A stretch of DNA of 63,449 nt, filler included, from Basidioascus undulatus (Eukaryota): NCBI GenBank assembly GCA_000826855.1. It is 9 parts of 9 records of this genome, joined end to end, with 100 filler letters (N's around TTAATTAATTAA, not from the genome) between each part and the next. Parts side by side here need not be neighbours in the genome. Positions count along the whole stretch, not along the records: positions 18,958 to 44,549 come from JTLS01000211.1; 8 more parts are not named here. The stretch is one strand, 5' to 3'. This document shows positions 24,231 through 37,807 of the stretch, one piece after another. The translations under genes were made by a program, and so were the position numbers. The notes beneath the pieces were generated by a model, which saw only the letters and a list, made by a program, of their open reading frames with translations, made no database searches and was not told the origin of the DNA. Within the stretch, counting starts at the first letter, position 1. Each line of letters begins with the position of its first letter.

Positions 24231-25420
24231 GGTTACATTTATGTTGCTTTCGATTGTAATGGAAAGTTACCAGGTACCCTTGAATCAAGTCCTGCGCCGA
24301 CATGCGCAGCGTTCACGAGCTGGCAGTGCTGCACATGTCTTCATCATAGTTCGACTCACTTTTCAGCCAGCGTTGCAGCGAGCCTTCGGTGTTTGATCTC
24401 CATGTTCAGCCTTCAAACAGATATCCAAGAACACAATGACCTAGTAGATTCGCACGGCACAAGCGAGTGCATGGTAGTGGGCAGCGACTCACGCTCTGGT
24501 GTTTCCAGAAGGACTGCAGTGGCTCAACCGCGCTTCGGCCGAATAAAGGGCGCACACCTTGAAAATCCGGATCATGGGGCAAAAGATTTCGGAACAGCAT
24601 GAGGGAGGTAGTTAATTACGTACCAGCAACCTGGTGCAGCTTGATGCACCAAATTTGGTGTTCCCCCAGGCTGCACTCGCCGACTCAGTGGGTTGCGATC
24701 GGCTGCAAAGGTCCAGCCGGTTGATGAAATGCATGCGCAACATTTCACTGTTACTCCTTGAGAGAGGTATGCATGGATTTTTTGGAACAACCGCCAGGAA
24801 CAGCCGAGAATTCGATCATAAGCAGAGTCTGTCGACCTGCCAATGCGTGTGGCCGGCCGCATCGTAACAGTAGCTAGTCGTTGTCGTTCGGCTTCTCACA
24901 GTGAAGGAACTTCGGGTATGTAAGGCCTATCGGGGACTACTAGCAGTCTTCTATATCAAACGAAAGGTCGCAGGCATGCTTGAAATCATTTGTAGGGCAA
25001 CCTGGACTGGCTCTCGGGGGTTCTTGCGAGGTGCATCTCATCGTTGAAACCTGTTAGGGCACCAGCTCTCAACGGTGGAGAGTAAGACAACCAATGGCTT
25101 GGTAGTACACATTACATAACTTCTTCTTCGACAGCGGGGTATGCCACAAACCGACTGCCAGCTGTCAAGCAAACGGACGGCATTTGGTTCAGCCAGATGC
25201 AGCGCAGCAGTGCGAGAACGGTTATTTTGGGACTGTCAGTGCGCCTTCTCGCTTCCACTCCATCCTCGCAACCGCGAAGGTCGTCCTCCTCCTCAGTTAT
25301 CTATTCGAACTTTGCGATGCGTCTTTTCATCTGTTCCGTTCCATCGCCGCTTCTTCCACCGCTAGACCCTTAGCGCTTTCCCCGCCAGCGACCGCCGGCA
25401 GCGAAGCACCGTAGCGAGCC

Positions 25421-27138
25421 ATGCTGTATCAGTTGAACCGCCGCGAGGACGAGGATGAGGGCCCGGGTACGTAGCGTGTTCTCTGTCTTATGCGACAGAT
25501 ATCGAGGGTGAACGACGAGGATGGGCCTGTCGGACAGTCCATTGTTGGTCTTCTCCGCTGAGCGGGGGGGAGGTGCATCGCTAATCCCGAGCCAAGGATT
25601 TCTGATCGCGTGGCTTACCGTGGTCCATTTGGCAGTCAACTGTGGTTCCCGATACAACCGCAACGAGCAGGAGGGACTGCGTATCGGCGCCATCTTTATC
25701 ATCCTGTGCGTTCAAGACCCAGCTCCCAGGCTGCCACATCCTTTTGCTGACCTTGTCCTCCAGTGCGACCTCTGCGCTCGGCACGCTGTTCCCGATCCTG
25801 TCGCGTCGCGTGCGATTCCTGCGCGTACCCACCGCGGTGTTCAACTTAGCGAAGTACTTCGGAAGCGGTGTGATCATCGCGACGGCGTTCATCCACCTGC
25901 TCGCTCCTGCTTTCGATGAGCTCGGCAACAAGGATTGCTTGCACGGCGCATGGAACACTTACGACTGGTGAGTGCTTCGTCTTCCGCATTGCGCCAAGCC
26001 TTCTGGGACTGACATTTCTTTGAAATGAAGGGCCCCCGCATTGGCTATGGCGAGCGTGTTCGGCATCTTCTTTGTGCGCACTAGGACCCATATCGCATCT
26101 TCGTTTGATGTGTAGGTCTGACATAAAAGGATACGCATCAGGTCGAGCTATTCGCTTTCCGTTTCGGACAGCAGTGGCTGGAGAACCGCGGGCTCGCGTA
26201 TGGTGAGTTTTGATACTTCTCAGCAATCATCCGGAGCGCTCTGACCCTCCCCTCTCAGACGCTCACGGTCATGACCACGAGACCGGCGCACATGCTGCGC
26301 ATGGCCCGGAGCGGGCCTCTCACGCATCTCATGCCTCTCATGGCTTGAACAATAAGACTATTGCATCGGACGACGACAGCAGCATCGCGTCCACTTCCTC
26401 GAACGCCCCGCCCACAGCTGTCATGCTCGGTGTTGCCATCTTGGAGTTCGGTGTACTATTCCGTGCGTCTCCTTTTCTTGTCAAGAACAAGTGAGCTAAG
26501 AGGCTGACTGATGCTTCCTCGAAGACTCCGCGATCATCGGGTTGACTCTGGCTGTCACCGGCTCTGATGAGTTCACCACCCTGTTCATCGTCATAATCTT
26601 GTGCGTTAACATTACCGCTGCATTCTCTGGACGATCAACCTGACCTCGCTACGAACAGCCACCAAATGTTTGAGGGTCTCGGGTTGGGGTCGCGGCTTGC
26701 GGAGCTGCCGCTGCCGCCCAGCTGGAATTGGGTGCCTTTCCTCGCCGCAGTTGCCTACTTCATTGTGACGCCGGTCTTCATGGCTATCGGTACGTGGGCG
26801 CGCTTTTTGCTGGTACGGCGCAGCGAACTTACAGTGGCTACATTACAGGGCTTGGCGTCCGCACCACCTACAACGACGGCTCCACCGCTGCGCTGATTGT
26901 CTCCGGTGTTCTCGACGCGCTGTCTGCCGGCATTTTGCTTGTCCGTCTGATGCTCTGTCTTCGAACGGCTGCTTACTAGGGCGCAACCCCGTAGTACACC
27001 GGCCTCGTCGAGCTTCTGGCTCACGAGTTCATCTTCAACGAGAAGATGCGCAAGGCCTCGAACGGCCACGTCGCTTACGCTTCTATCTGCGTACTCCTCG
27101 GCGCCGGCCTCATGGCGCTTCTCGGTTACTGGGCGTAA
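25421..27138 (+). CDS. ZIP-family zinc/iron permease (Zrt1/Zrt2-like); spliced
   Basis: GLRIGAIFIIL, AKYFGSGVIIATAFIHLL, His-rich loop HGHDHETGAHAAHGPE, LEFGVLFH|SAIIGLTL, HQMFEGLGLGSRL, LDALSAGIL, YTGLVELLAHEF, MALLGYWA*. Confidence 0.95.
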
Positions 27139-27211
27139 TATTTGTTTGTTCACGACCTGAAGGCCAGTTGACTTCTCTTGCCTGACACGAACCCTCAGAC
27201 GTGATGCATGT

Positions 27212-28505
27212 CTATGGCTGCAGTACTTTCGCCTTTCCCCAGTAAGCATCAGGAAGACTCAGCACCTTCCCAATCTCTTTCTGCGTTGCACCCTTCATAT
27301 ATCCTACCCCCTTCACGGAATCCAGTCCACTGCAAAAGAGCGCAGGGATCTCGTACGTCGCCAGTCGAGCGCCCTTGTCCAGCGGGATGGACAGGCGTAA
27401 CCCGTACTGTCATGACCTCCGTCAGATGGCAGTTTTCTCTTGATAAGGTAAATGAATTCAAACCCACTTTGCACCGTAGTCCTCCCACTTGGAACGAGGG
27501 TCCGTGAAGCAGTACCATCACTCCGTCCACGATCGCCTCCTCGCCTGCAGGAGCCCTCGACAGCCTCGCTGCATCCGGCTTGCCTGCCCACTTTGGCCCT
27601 AATCCGCCTACTTCTTCCAGGACCGCCTCGCTCGGCTTGGCGTCGACTGTGTTAGCGGAGATGTTTCGGACGACCGTGAGCGTGAACTTTGCGTCCTCCG
27701 CCGAAGAGGGCAGAGTGAAGGAGCGGGCGATGAGGTGAAGGCGGAAAGGGATGGGCATGCCGCGAGGAAGCGCTGAAATCTGGGGCATCAAAAGCTGAAC
27801 TACGGGTCAGATAGTGATATGGAAGCTGTGTTTGCCAAAGGAGGACGCGGGACGAAGTGCAGTAAGGATTGCAGCGCACCTCGACAAACAGCCGACCTTC
27901 GAGCTCTCCGAACTGTGTTTCCCACTGGAGCGCGCTCCACCCCTTCTCAAAACATCCTCCATCCCATGGGTGCGGCATGTTGATCCTCGGGTGCCGCAAC
28001 ATGAACGGCAGAACGACGACGAGCGTGTCCTCCGTTCCGCCGATGACAGGGAGTTTCGACACGAAGCCGGGCGCGGCGAGCGTGCCCTTGAACGTAAGGC
28101 TCCACACGACGCTCACTGCCCTTCCGATGAAGAGGAGTTTGGCGGGAACGAAAAAAGAGGGTGGGAGGGCGGCGTGGGGCGAGGGCGCGAGGTTGAATGC
28201 GAAAGGGTAGGCGGGTGGGTGAGAGCCGGCTGAAGCTATAGCGGCCGAAAGATCGAGGCGCTCTTCGAGAGGAGTCGATGCACCGCCTGGCCTGCAGGTA
28301 CGCATGCGCTTATGATTGAGTGAAATGTATGGGAAAGGAGCAATGGAAAGACGCACCCTATGATGGCACACTTCAACGTCACTGACACATCCTTGAGTGC
28401 GCCCGGCTGCACCCAGATAATGCCTTCGATACGATCTCCGTGCCCGAATAGCTGCATCGGCACTTCGACCACCATAGTTTGCGAGGGCGAGCTGAAAATC
28501 GTCAT
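27212..28505 (-). CDS. Arrestin-fold-like uncharacterised protein; spliced
   Basis: FGHGDRIEGII...VSVTLKC, YPFAFNL..LPPSF, VVWSLTFKG, LPRGMPIPFRL, PSFQVGGLRCK|YGLRLSI resemble fungal arrestin N/C domains; three GT-AG introns restore one frame to the TAG at 27212. Confidence 0.6.
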
Positions 28506-28820
28506 GGTCGACTATTGGCGCAGCAGATGGTGTGGTAGGAGAGTGTGGTAAGGAGGTAAGTGACGACTGAAATGCCGGCGCAGAACGCTCCGATTCAGAG
28601 GGCACGCACATCACGCGGTCGCAGTCGCAGTCGCAGCCGGCCTGTGCATCGCCATCCAGTGGGAAAGCCAAGCCAGAACAAAACAGTTTGCAAAATACTA
28701 TAGCAGAACATGCAAGAAAACCAAGATAAGCAAGCAGAGGTGTTCGGAGGGGGGCAGGCACCATGCAACTCGAAGAAAAGGGGAGGTGGAAGACATGATC
28801 GTCCAGGCAATCAAGGAAAT

Positions 28821-31768
28821 CTACGACTGCAGCGTCCGCTCGGAACCGTTGATCCGGGCCCAGAAACACGCCTCTTTGAGTCGGACGACCTGGCGAGGCA
28901 AAGTGCATATTTGTCAGTAAGAGCTCGAGAGGGAAGCAGTTCGAGTGGGAAAAAGGGAGGGGAAAGCAACGCACCTCGACCCATCTCTTCTCCTCCCAAC
29001 TCGGCTCGCCCTTCTTCCACTCATCCTTCCCCGCAGCCGGCGTTTCCTCCTCCGTCGCATCCCGCGCCTTGCCGTCGTCCACAGACGCCCGCGGCGCCGG
29101 GCGGATCGAAGAGCGCTGTGGCAAGGGAGGAGGGGTTGCGGTCCCGTCGGTTGGGGGAGCCGGGACTGGCCTGCGTGCAGCGCGCTGCGGGCGGGATGGA
29201 GTCGGGGGTGCGTCGGAAGAGGGAGTGACGGGGGCGTCGGGGGGTGCGTCGAATTTCGCCGCCGTGGGAGTCGAGTCGCCATTTGCGCCAGGGGCGGGTG
29301 CAACGCCGTCTGCCGCTGAGGGATTGGGCTCCTCAACCTCAGCAGCGGCAACAGTCGTGTCAGCGTCGGCGTCGGCCTCGCCAGCAGGCTTGTCCGCCTC
29401 GCCGGCCCGCTTGTCCGTCTCGCCAGCTGGCTTGTTCGCCTCGTCCTCAACTGAAGCAGGCGCGGCCGACTCGTCCCCAGCCTTCGCGTCCTCCTTCTCC
29501 CCCTCCGCCCCTTCAGCCTTTTGCTCTCCCTCGGCAGTCGGCGCTTCAGTCGAAGCCTCCGGCGCCTTGTAGGCCACGACCGCGCCCTCGGCCTGCTCCG
29601 CCTGCTCCTCAGGCGCCTTCTCGCCCTCAGCCCCTGGGGCAGGCTGCGACGGCTGTGCCTCGCCATTCTCCGCATCCGAGGGCGCCGGCGCGCTCGCGGC
29701 TGTATCGGGCTTCGACTCCTCCGTAGAGGGAGCCTGCGGAGGCGGGACTCGCCGCTTCGGCAGCGGCGGAGGCACCGCAGACGCCGCAGCAGCGCCGAGG
29801 TTGGGAAGCGGGGCGTCCGGCAGAGTAGGCGAGTTAGGCTGGCTGCCTCGCGAGCCAAACCCGCTCCAGAGCGAAGCGATCTTGCCCGAGCGGCGCCTCG
29901 GCGTGTCTGGGCGTTCGGCGGGCGCACCGGACTCGCCGCCCGCCGGGGTGGTGGACGGACGCTCGATCCTGCCCGTCGCGCTCTCGGATGGGGGCGCGAG
30001 CCCGCCCTCGCCGAGGATGATCGCGCGCTGGACGGTCCGAATCCAGCGCCAGAACTCGCACACTGCGCGGAGGCGCGGGAGCGCCCAGACGGGGTCGATC
30101 GGGTGCCGCGTCGCGTTTGAGAGGTTGCCGACGCGGAAGACGTGCAGCTGGAGGTCGTCCGGTGGGGGTGGGGCGGCAGCGGCGGCCGAGGAGGACGTGG
30201 AGGAAGTGGGGTACGAGCGGGAGCGGAGGGAGGAGAGGAAGCTCGAGGGGATGAGGTGCCCGTTCTCTTGTTGGGGGTGCTCGGCGTGCGGGATGAGGAC
30301 GCGGCCCGTCAGTGCACACTCGGCGCCCGGCCCGAACTCGCCCTTTGTCGCAGGCTCGAGCTCGAGCGAACCCTCGACGATGGCCGCGAGGACCCTCCCG
30401 CGCGTGAGGATACCGAACGTGCGCGAGAGGTCGAGGCGGAGCGTGGGCTCGATGTCCTCCTCGAGCGCACGCTTGAGGAAGGGCTGGGTGAGGTCGAGGG
30501 GAGGGAGTGTTGGCGGAGTCGAGGGGATACGGGGCGGGGCGGGCGTGAGGGCGAGGGAGGTGAGGTAGGAAAGGAACTCGAGGTACGGCGCGTGGGTGGT
30601 GAGGACGGGGTGAGGCAGGGGCGCGGGGAAGGGTAAGAGCGCGTAGGGGGAGACGGCGGAGTTGGCGCCGGCGACGGTGGGGGAGCCGGAGAGGCGCGAG
30701 CGCAGTTCGTCGGCCTCCTTCTCTGCGTGCTCGGCCTTGTCCACCCACTCCCCCACCTGGCCTTGAAACGCGCGCACGGCAGCCTCCGCCTCGCTCAGCC
30801 TCTCCTCCGCGACCTTCCGGCGGTCCTCCTCCTTCGCGCGCTGCAGGCGCTCCACCGCAACCATCCTGTTCGCCTCGTCGAACAGGCTCGCGGACAGGTC
30901 ATCCAGGTCGCCCTCCATGACCTCCTTCGCCTGCTGCGCCGTGCTCGCAGCAGCCGTCTCCGCGATAACGCGCTCCATCATCCGCGCAAGCTCATCCTTG
31001 ACATGGCTCTGCTCGACCAGCAGGCCCGTGTCGAGCGCGGCGAGGTGCGCGGCCTGCTCGGCCTGCAGCTCAGAGACCTCGGTATCCCGGCCTCTGAGTT
31101 CCTCCCGCGCGTGGTCGAGCTCCGCCTCGACCGAGCCGATGCGCTCGAACGACTTGACGAGCTTCGTGTTGAGCCCGGTCAGCTGCGAGTTGAGGTCATC
31201 GATCTGCGCGCGCAGGGACGCGATCACCAGCGCGTGCGGGTCCTCGAGGGAGGCGGCGGCTGCGGCGGCGTCGAGGTCGGCAAGGAGGAGGGAAGTGGGT
31301 CGCCGGGATCTGGTGGAGGCGCCTGGAGTCGCTTCGGCCGGAGTTGTGGATTCGAGCGGAGGGGACGATAAGGGAGTCGGGCCCTCGGACGCAGTGACCG
31401 CTCCGGGAGAATGAGTTGCGGAGACTGGAGAGACCGGAGCGGATGTCGGAGGGGCGAGATGAGCGGAATCCTGTAAGAGTGAGACTTCAGCATCTCGTTC
31501 CTAGCGCCATGGAGCCATGAGAGTAACCCTTGCGAGCACGACCGGAGCATGGAGCAGTCTGGCTTACCTCTTTCGGGGCATCGTCCTTCGCACGGGCTGC
31601 CTCGCCCGCGCCCTCCTCCTGCCCGGCCTGGTCGCCCTTCTCCCGTCCTGACTGGTCGTCCTCCTTTACACCAGCCGTATCCCCAGCAGCCTCAGTGCAA
31701 GATGCTGCGCCAGCTTCCTCGTCTCGGGGCTCGGGCGAGCTCGGGCGTTCTTGAGCGTCGGCGGACAT
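28821..31768 (-). CDS. SEC2: Rab (Sec4) guanine nucleotide exchange factor Sec2; spliced
   Basis: Coiled coil IASLRAQIDDLNSQLTGLNTKLVKSF, Sec2 motif EGDLDDLSASLFDEANRMVA, PFLKRALEEDIEPTLRLD, CALTG, RLRAVCEFWRWIR, C-terminus WVE|VVRLKEACFWARI*. Confidence 0.9.
29375..29443. repeat. Imperfect 21-bp coding tandem repeat (about 3 copies) in SEC2
   Basis: Encodes KPAGETD-KRAGEAD-KPAGEAD. Confidence 0.8.
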
Positions 31769-32388
31769 TGTCTGGAGCGGCGCGAGATGGTGGTGGTCGG
31801 GAACAGAGAATGATGGCTGCGCCGCGAGAGAAGTGTGAACGAAAGGGATATGAACAGTGAAAGCGGAATCCGGTTATGGTGTATAAAAAAGAGGTGCGAG
31901 GGGCAGGACTGCGAAGGGGTGCAGGGTGTTGCTGGCAGAGTTCGGACGCGGTCGCGGTCGCAGGGGCTCGATACGGCCTTCTGTCTCAAAACTATCGCGT
32001 CCAACAGCAACTTTCCGGCCATCATCTCGCATGTTTGTCCCAATGGGTTGTAGGAAACCACGAATATTTTAAAATATATTGAAGGACCTTCACCTATGCA
32101 GGCCAAAGTATGGACCTGGGTATTACTGTCACTGCGTCCTGCCTGCTGGCTGGTCCAACTCACAGTGTAACTTAGTCCCGTTCAACCCCCAGGAACTCTA
32201 TACCCATTATATTTGTTATTTACAGCATAGGTTACTGTTATTCTCCAATGAAAACGGTAAAGAATGATATAGTCTGACATGGGTCGCATCATCACGCTTA
32301 CGCTCGCGTGACCCAACGAGAGGTACCCCTCGAGCTCGCCGCCGCGCCCGGTGATCTCAACGTTCATCTCGACCTTCGCACCTTGACA

Positions 32389-33961
32389 ATGGCCTCCAGC
32401 GCATTTACATCAATCTCATCAGACCTAAGCGCTCTTGAATCCCTGCACGACCCCGTCTCCCATCCTCCGCCGGTGCCCAAGAAGTCCAGGAAGGCAAAGG
32501 CGACGCCCACATCCACTACATCCACCGACGAGTGGCTCTCCACCCTCCTCTCCACCCTCGAGGCGGCCAAGGCGCGCATAGCCGAGGGGAACGGCGCGGG
32601 CGTCGCGGAGGAGCTGAGGGGGGATGTCGGGCGGATCAAGGAGGGCGTGATGGAGCGGCAGAACGAGTGGTACAAGGTTCTCAAGAAGATCGACAGGGGG
32701 TTCGAGAGCGTGCGTACTTTCACACTCGATTTGATGCGTCGGAGGGTGGGACTGAACGCTGATCTTGGATGGTCCAGCTTCCACCTCTCACACCCCTTGC
32801 GCCGGCATCACTGTTCACCTCCCCTGAGGCCGAGAAGGCGCTGGCGAGAACCATCGCCCTCTATCTGGCTAGGAAGGGCTGGTGGGACGTCTTCGAATCC
32901 TTCATAAAGGTGCGTCTTTTGCAATCAAGTTCTCCCCGGGATGATTCTCATTGATGAATGTTTTCAGGAGTTTGAGGTTTCCATCCCGGACGCAAGCCTG
33001 ACACGATTACGCGAGCTGCACTCCATCATCGCCGCCATACACGCTGACAACCTGGAACCTGCGCTTGCGTCCGTCCGAGTCTTCTCCACATGCGCTTTCT
33101 ACACTAACTCCCATCCTATCCCAACAGCTGGTCGAGTTCCCATATCCCCTTCCTCCTCTCGCACTCCTCCCCGCTGCACTTCTACCTCCACCGCTCGCGC
33201 TTCCTCCGACTTCTCCCCACGCCGGGCTCGCCCTCCCCCGAGCGCGCGCTCTCCTACTTCCGGACCCACCTCTCCTCCTTCCTCTCGCACCCTTTGCACG
33301 CAGCCGACGCGCTGGCGCTGATCACCGCGCTGGCGTTCGAGCCCGGCGCGTCCCCGTACGCGCACCTCACCTCGACGACGGAGATGCACGCTCCCCTCCT
33401 CGCACCCCTGTTCGAGAGCGAGTGGTGCCGGCTCAATGGCGAGCCGAGGACGGACCACCTCCGCGTTGCTGTCGACATGGGCGGCGGCGGCGCGCTCGCG
33501 CTTATTCAGCGTGTTAGGGACATGATGAAGGAAAAGCGGAACGAGTGGTCCCAGGCGGACGAGCTTCCAGTGAGCCTCTTCCCTCAACCCATCTCCTATC
33601 ATTTAAAGGGGTTTGCGCAGACTGAGCGTGTATGGCGTGACTCCAGGTCGAGATCCCCGTCCCGCCCGAGTACCGCTTCCACTCGATCTTCACATGCCCC
33701 GTGTCGAAGGAGCAAGCGACGGACGCGAACCCGCCGATGATGCTCGCGTGCGGGCACGTCGTCGCGCGCGAAAGCCTGGGCCGGCTGAGCAAGGGCGGAG
33801 GGTGCGTTGCTCTTTCCTCTTCCCTTTAATCTCCCTCTTGCGTCTGTTCTCGTTAGTGGACTGACGAACGGACGCCTCGGGCGCGTTCAAGCAGGCGCGT
33901 CAAGTGCCCGTACTGCCCCGTCGAGTCCCAGTCCAACCTCGCCGTTCGCATCTTCTTCTGA
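32389..33961 (+). CDS. RMD5: GID/CTLH complex RING subunit Rmd5/Gid2; spliced
   Basis: LisH-like [74 protein letters not shown]. Confidence 0.92.
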
Positions 33962-34289
33962 TGCCTTCCTGCTTCGCTTTCCTCCGCGCTCTGTTGTTTG
34001 TGTCTTTCCGCTGTCCACTGTATTAACTCACCCATTCATGGCTCTTTTGTCCATCCGCTGCGTGCGGTGTGCCCCGCAATGCTCCCCGACCGCGGGCGAT
34101 CGAGTTGGACTCTCCTTGATTAACTGCCCAAATGCGCAGCGCAGCCTCACGGTAGACAACCGCACCGCACGACTTCTACCCACGCTCGATTGTACAAAGA
34201 TTTACATGTGTGTTATCGCGTAAAACTAGTCCTCGTCCGTTGAACCACAACCCCAACGCAGAGAGGATTGAAATTGAAAGCAGCCTCGC

Positions 34290-37200
34290 TCAGAACGCGT
34301 CCCACATGCGCTGCCACCAGGTCATCTGGCCCCGGGCAAGATGCTTGGCCTTCCAGTAAGCCTCGTCCTCGTCTGTGCACGCGAAGGTTTGCTGAATACA
34401 ACCTGCTGGGCAATGGAGAAAGAGGGAGGCAAAGGAAGGGACGCACCGATCTCCGCCTTGCCCTCGAAGAGGTCGACCTCCTCCAGCGGTACGAGCTTCG
34501 TCTTGTACGTGTACTTGAAGAAGAGGTAGATGAAGATGAAGACGGGGATACCGATGTAGTTGGTGATGACTGCGGAGATGGTTCAGCCCGTCCAGCTGCT
34601 TGGCCGGGTGGCTGTCAGAGATGAGGAGGACGCACAGGTCGTCGTGCTCCACGGCAGGAACGAGTCGAAGCCCTTGAAGAATACGACTATGCCGGTCCAG
34701 ACCAGCTGTGAGAAGTTTCAAAGTGAGCTTGTAGCTCAGGCCAAAGGCCATTGATTCCGGAGGCAGGGTGCTCACCGCGATCCACGAGCCCCACACGCCG
34801 AACGGTGCCTTGTAGCCGACGATGTCACGCGAGACGCCCTGCGCCTTGAAAGCGTTGACGAAGCGGATGTGGGTGTACGTTATGGACATCCAGGTCAGGC
34901 CTGCTCGAAGTGTGCGTCAGTACGCTTTCCGGAAGAAGAACAGCGACGACGCGGCGAAGGGGTGAATGGGGGCATGGAGAGACAGCGCACCGCCGAAGAT
35001 CGTGACCAGCGAGACAAAGTATCCGAACACCGTCGCTCCGGAGTCCGAGACGCGGAGGAAGGCAAGGAAACAGAACCTGCAAGAGACGGAGGTTAAGCAT
35101 GGACAACAAATGCGCCATGGGGCGTCACCTACAGCCACGTAATGATCAACGAGTAGTACGGGACACCCATCTGTTGGAGATGCGTGAGTGAGGTGTTTCA
35201 AGGGTGTATGTGAACTGCCACTTACCCGGTTGACGCGCGTGAGGAACTGAGGAGCGTGGCCCTCTTCAGCGAGAGCGAACAGTGTGCGAGACGCAATCTG
35301 CGGGAGGAGGGAGTGCAAGACTGAGTAACGCCCCGTCCCGGCCTCGCTGTGATTCTGAGGACGCACGTAGAGGTCCGAGTTCGCCGCCGACAACACGAAG
35401 AGCAAGATACAGGCGTTCAGAATGCCGGGAAGCGCCTGGATACCACAACGCAACGGGTCGGTTTAGCACGATCATGCTTGTGGTGCAGTGGCGGAGCTCA
35501 CATCAATGCCGAACTTCCTCACGGCGACGACGAAGGGGGACGCGCTGAAGGGGGAATGTAGGTCAGCGGAGATAATGCCATGCCCACGCGGAACGCTGTG
35601 GCTCACGAGGCGCTGGTCCCCTTCTCGGCAGCGACGAACAAGTCGTCGTCGTTTGACGCAACGAGCATACCGAGCTGTGACACCGGCATCACGCTCATTA
35701 TGAGTTTTGGCCTTTCTTTTATTTATGTGCCCTGGATTTTTGGATAGAAACGCACCAGAAACACTAGGCCCACATAGAAAATGAGAATACGCCAGAACGT
35801 CTTCCGGATTGCCGCAGGCACACTAAGTGTCGTCCAAAACGGTCAGAAGGCGGTCCCCAGCGACAGCCATAGCAATTCTAGCCTACTTCTTGCGAGGGTT
35901 TTCTGGCAAAAGAGAGGTGTCAGTCTGGCGATGGCGTAGGACTCGAATGCTCAAGGCTTACCACACTCGCCGACTGTGACCCCGATGAGCTCCTGTGGAC
36001 CCCCAAATTTGTCAGCGCTGAACCTTATGAGGCTTTTGTCTGTAAGACGAACCGTTCCCATGTAGGCGACTGCGCGGCATCGTGAGGTGGTCAGGATTTT
36101 CGAAAACAGCTGGATGAGGGGGTTCAAATGCTTACACAATGCGTTAACCATCACAGCCCAGACACCGAGGACTGCGATTGATTGACTCAGTTGAACAGTA
36201 ACCACCTAAAAACTGACAGCTCGCTTACAAGCGCCGAGGTCACCATCCTTCTTGTACGATGCGAAGGGTCCTGGGTCCTTCCAGTACCGGAAGCTTTGCA
36301 GCGTATGCGCAATAGGAGTCAGCTGTAAACACTTTGCCTTCGGCAGATGTGAATACACTCACCCAATGCGCTCCCCGCGGGGGTTACCACCGAGTGTGAG
36401 GCAGAGCGAGAGGATGATCAAGCCAATAAGCGTGATGACCTGGTACCCAAGTCAATACCAGCACGACAGGCGTAGTTGATTTTGCCTACCTTGACGCTCG
36501 AGAGCCAGAATTCAAACTCTGAGCAGTTAAGAACCCTCAGTCTGGATGGAAAAGGTGCACGAGACGGCAAGCTAGCGTACCTCCGAAAACCCTCACACCC
36601 AGCTAGAGAACGAGTAAACGTCAATGCCCCCGTATACCATGGCCTAGCGCCTAGGAATAACTCACGAAATTGATTATTAATATTCCGAATGTGAACTGAA
36701 GTATTCGTCAGCCTACTTTACCACGCGAAGCTGGAGCGCCGCTCTCACCAACGTCAGCCAGGCTGCGATGTGGATCTCCTCGCCCTTGGGCCAGTACGTG
36801 AGGACGATGGAAGCAGCAACGATGTTGTCTGGAGGTGGTTCTAGTCAGCCTGATCCAACGAGGATTCCTTTATCGGCACATACTCGGGGTGACGATGAGC
36901 TAAACGAAACGCGGGGTGTCAGTAATGGGCATTGAGTATGGGGGCATCGACAACGCACGTATTTGAAGCTGCAGCAGAGTCAAGTCACATCAGAAATGTT
37001 GGGGCACTGGACAAGAGAGTACTAACAGGTAATTGTAACCTGGTAGTCAAGCGACGTGAGTGAGATGTCCCCCCTTCCACTCAGGAAGCAACGCACCAGT
37101 GGCAACCCCAAGTGCAGGGTCAACAAATCGAGTCGCGTATCCGCTGAAGCCTGGTAGACGGCTTATTCAATTCCTATACCTGTACTCCTTTCAGAACCTG

Positions 37201-37807
37201 AATACGAACCCTTCCGGTGGGGAATGTAGGCGGCTGTGTGGGGGTGCACTCGTATGCATCAGCTGCCCGTCCATAGCCAGGTGCGTCAATCCCTAAGGAC
37301 GTACCCATTTCCCCAAGGGCGCACATCACCAAATAGCAGATCTATATAAAGTGTCCCCATAAGCCATGCATCCATGTTGCCTGTGGGCCCAAACTTTAGC
37401 GAAGGGAGACGCACCATGCCCATCTGTTCACGCAACCCATAAAGTTTAGCACTTGTAATCACCTGTATCGCTGGAAAAGGTACCACGCACCAAACTATAT
37501 CCAAGCAGCATCCCGAGAGGTCCACCACGACGCAGCGCCGTCCCACTCCCGATGATGAGACCGGTTCCGACTGTGAGATGCATCCGCGCGGTAAGCTCTG
37601 CAGGCTTTCTTGTCAACGCCAATGTAGTCACTCACTGGCACCTCCAATGGCGATCATAGAGATTTGCCTGCTCTTGAGACCGCGGTGTAGCGTGTCCATC
37701 TCACGTTTGAGAGGCTCGCCGGGCGGGCCCTGATACGTATCGACCTGTGTGGCTGCGAAGCCCACATCCCCAACCGCGTCCTTCTTTTCATCGAATTCGT
37801 GCGACAT
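34290..37807 (-). CDS. APC-family amino acid permease, Dip5-like; many introns and microexons
   Basis: LHRGLKSRQISMIAIGGA|VGTGLIIGSG, ALGEM, GYATRFVDPALG, EFWLSSVK, FRYWKDPGPFA, YMGT|ELIGVTVGEC, SPFVVA, LSAANSDLY|IASRTL, DLFEGKAEID; stop at 34290. Confidence 0.93.

Noticed and set aside
10622..27138. Metal/redox gene cluster (nitroreductase, HapX, DAP1, GSH1, ALDH, ZIP)
   Set aside because: The genes lie on three different contigs joined artificially; only within-contig pairs are meaningful.
27652..31227. 1191-aa ORF as a SEC2-arrestin fusion protein
   Set aside because: The frame reads through an intron, the SEC2 3' UTR and intergenic DNA. Spliced SEC2 stops at 28821 and the downstream gene has its own ATG at 28505.
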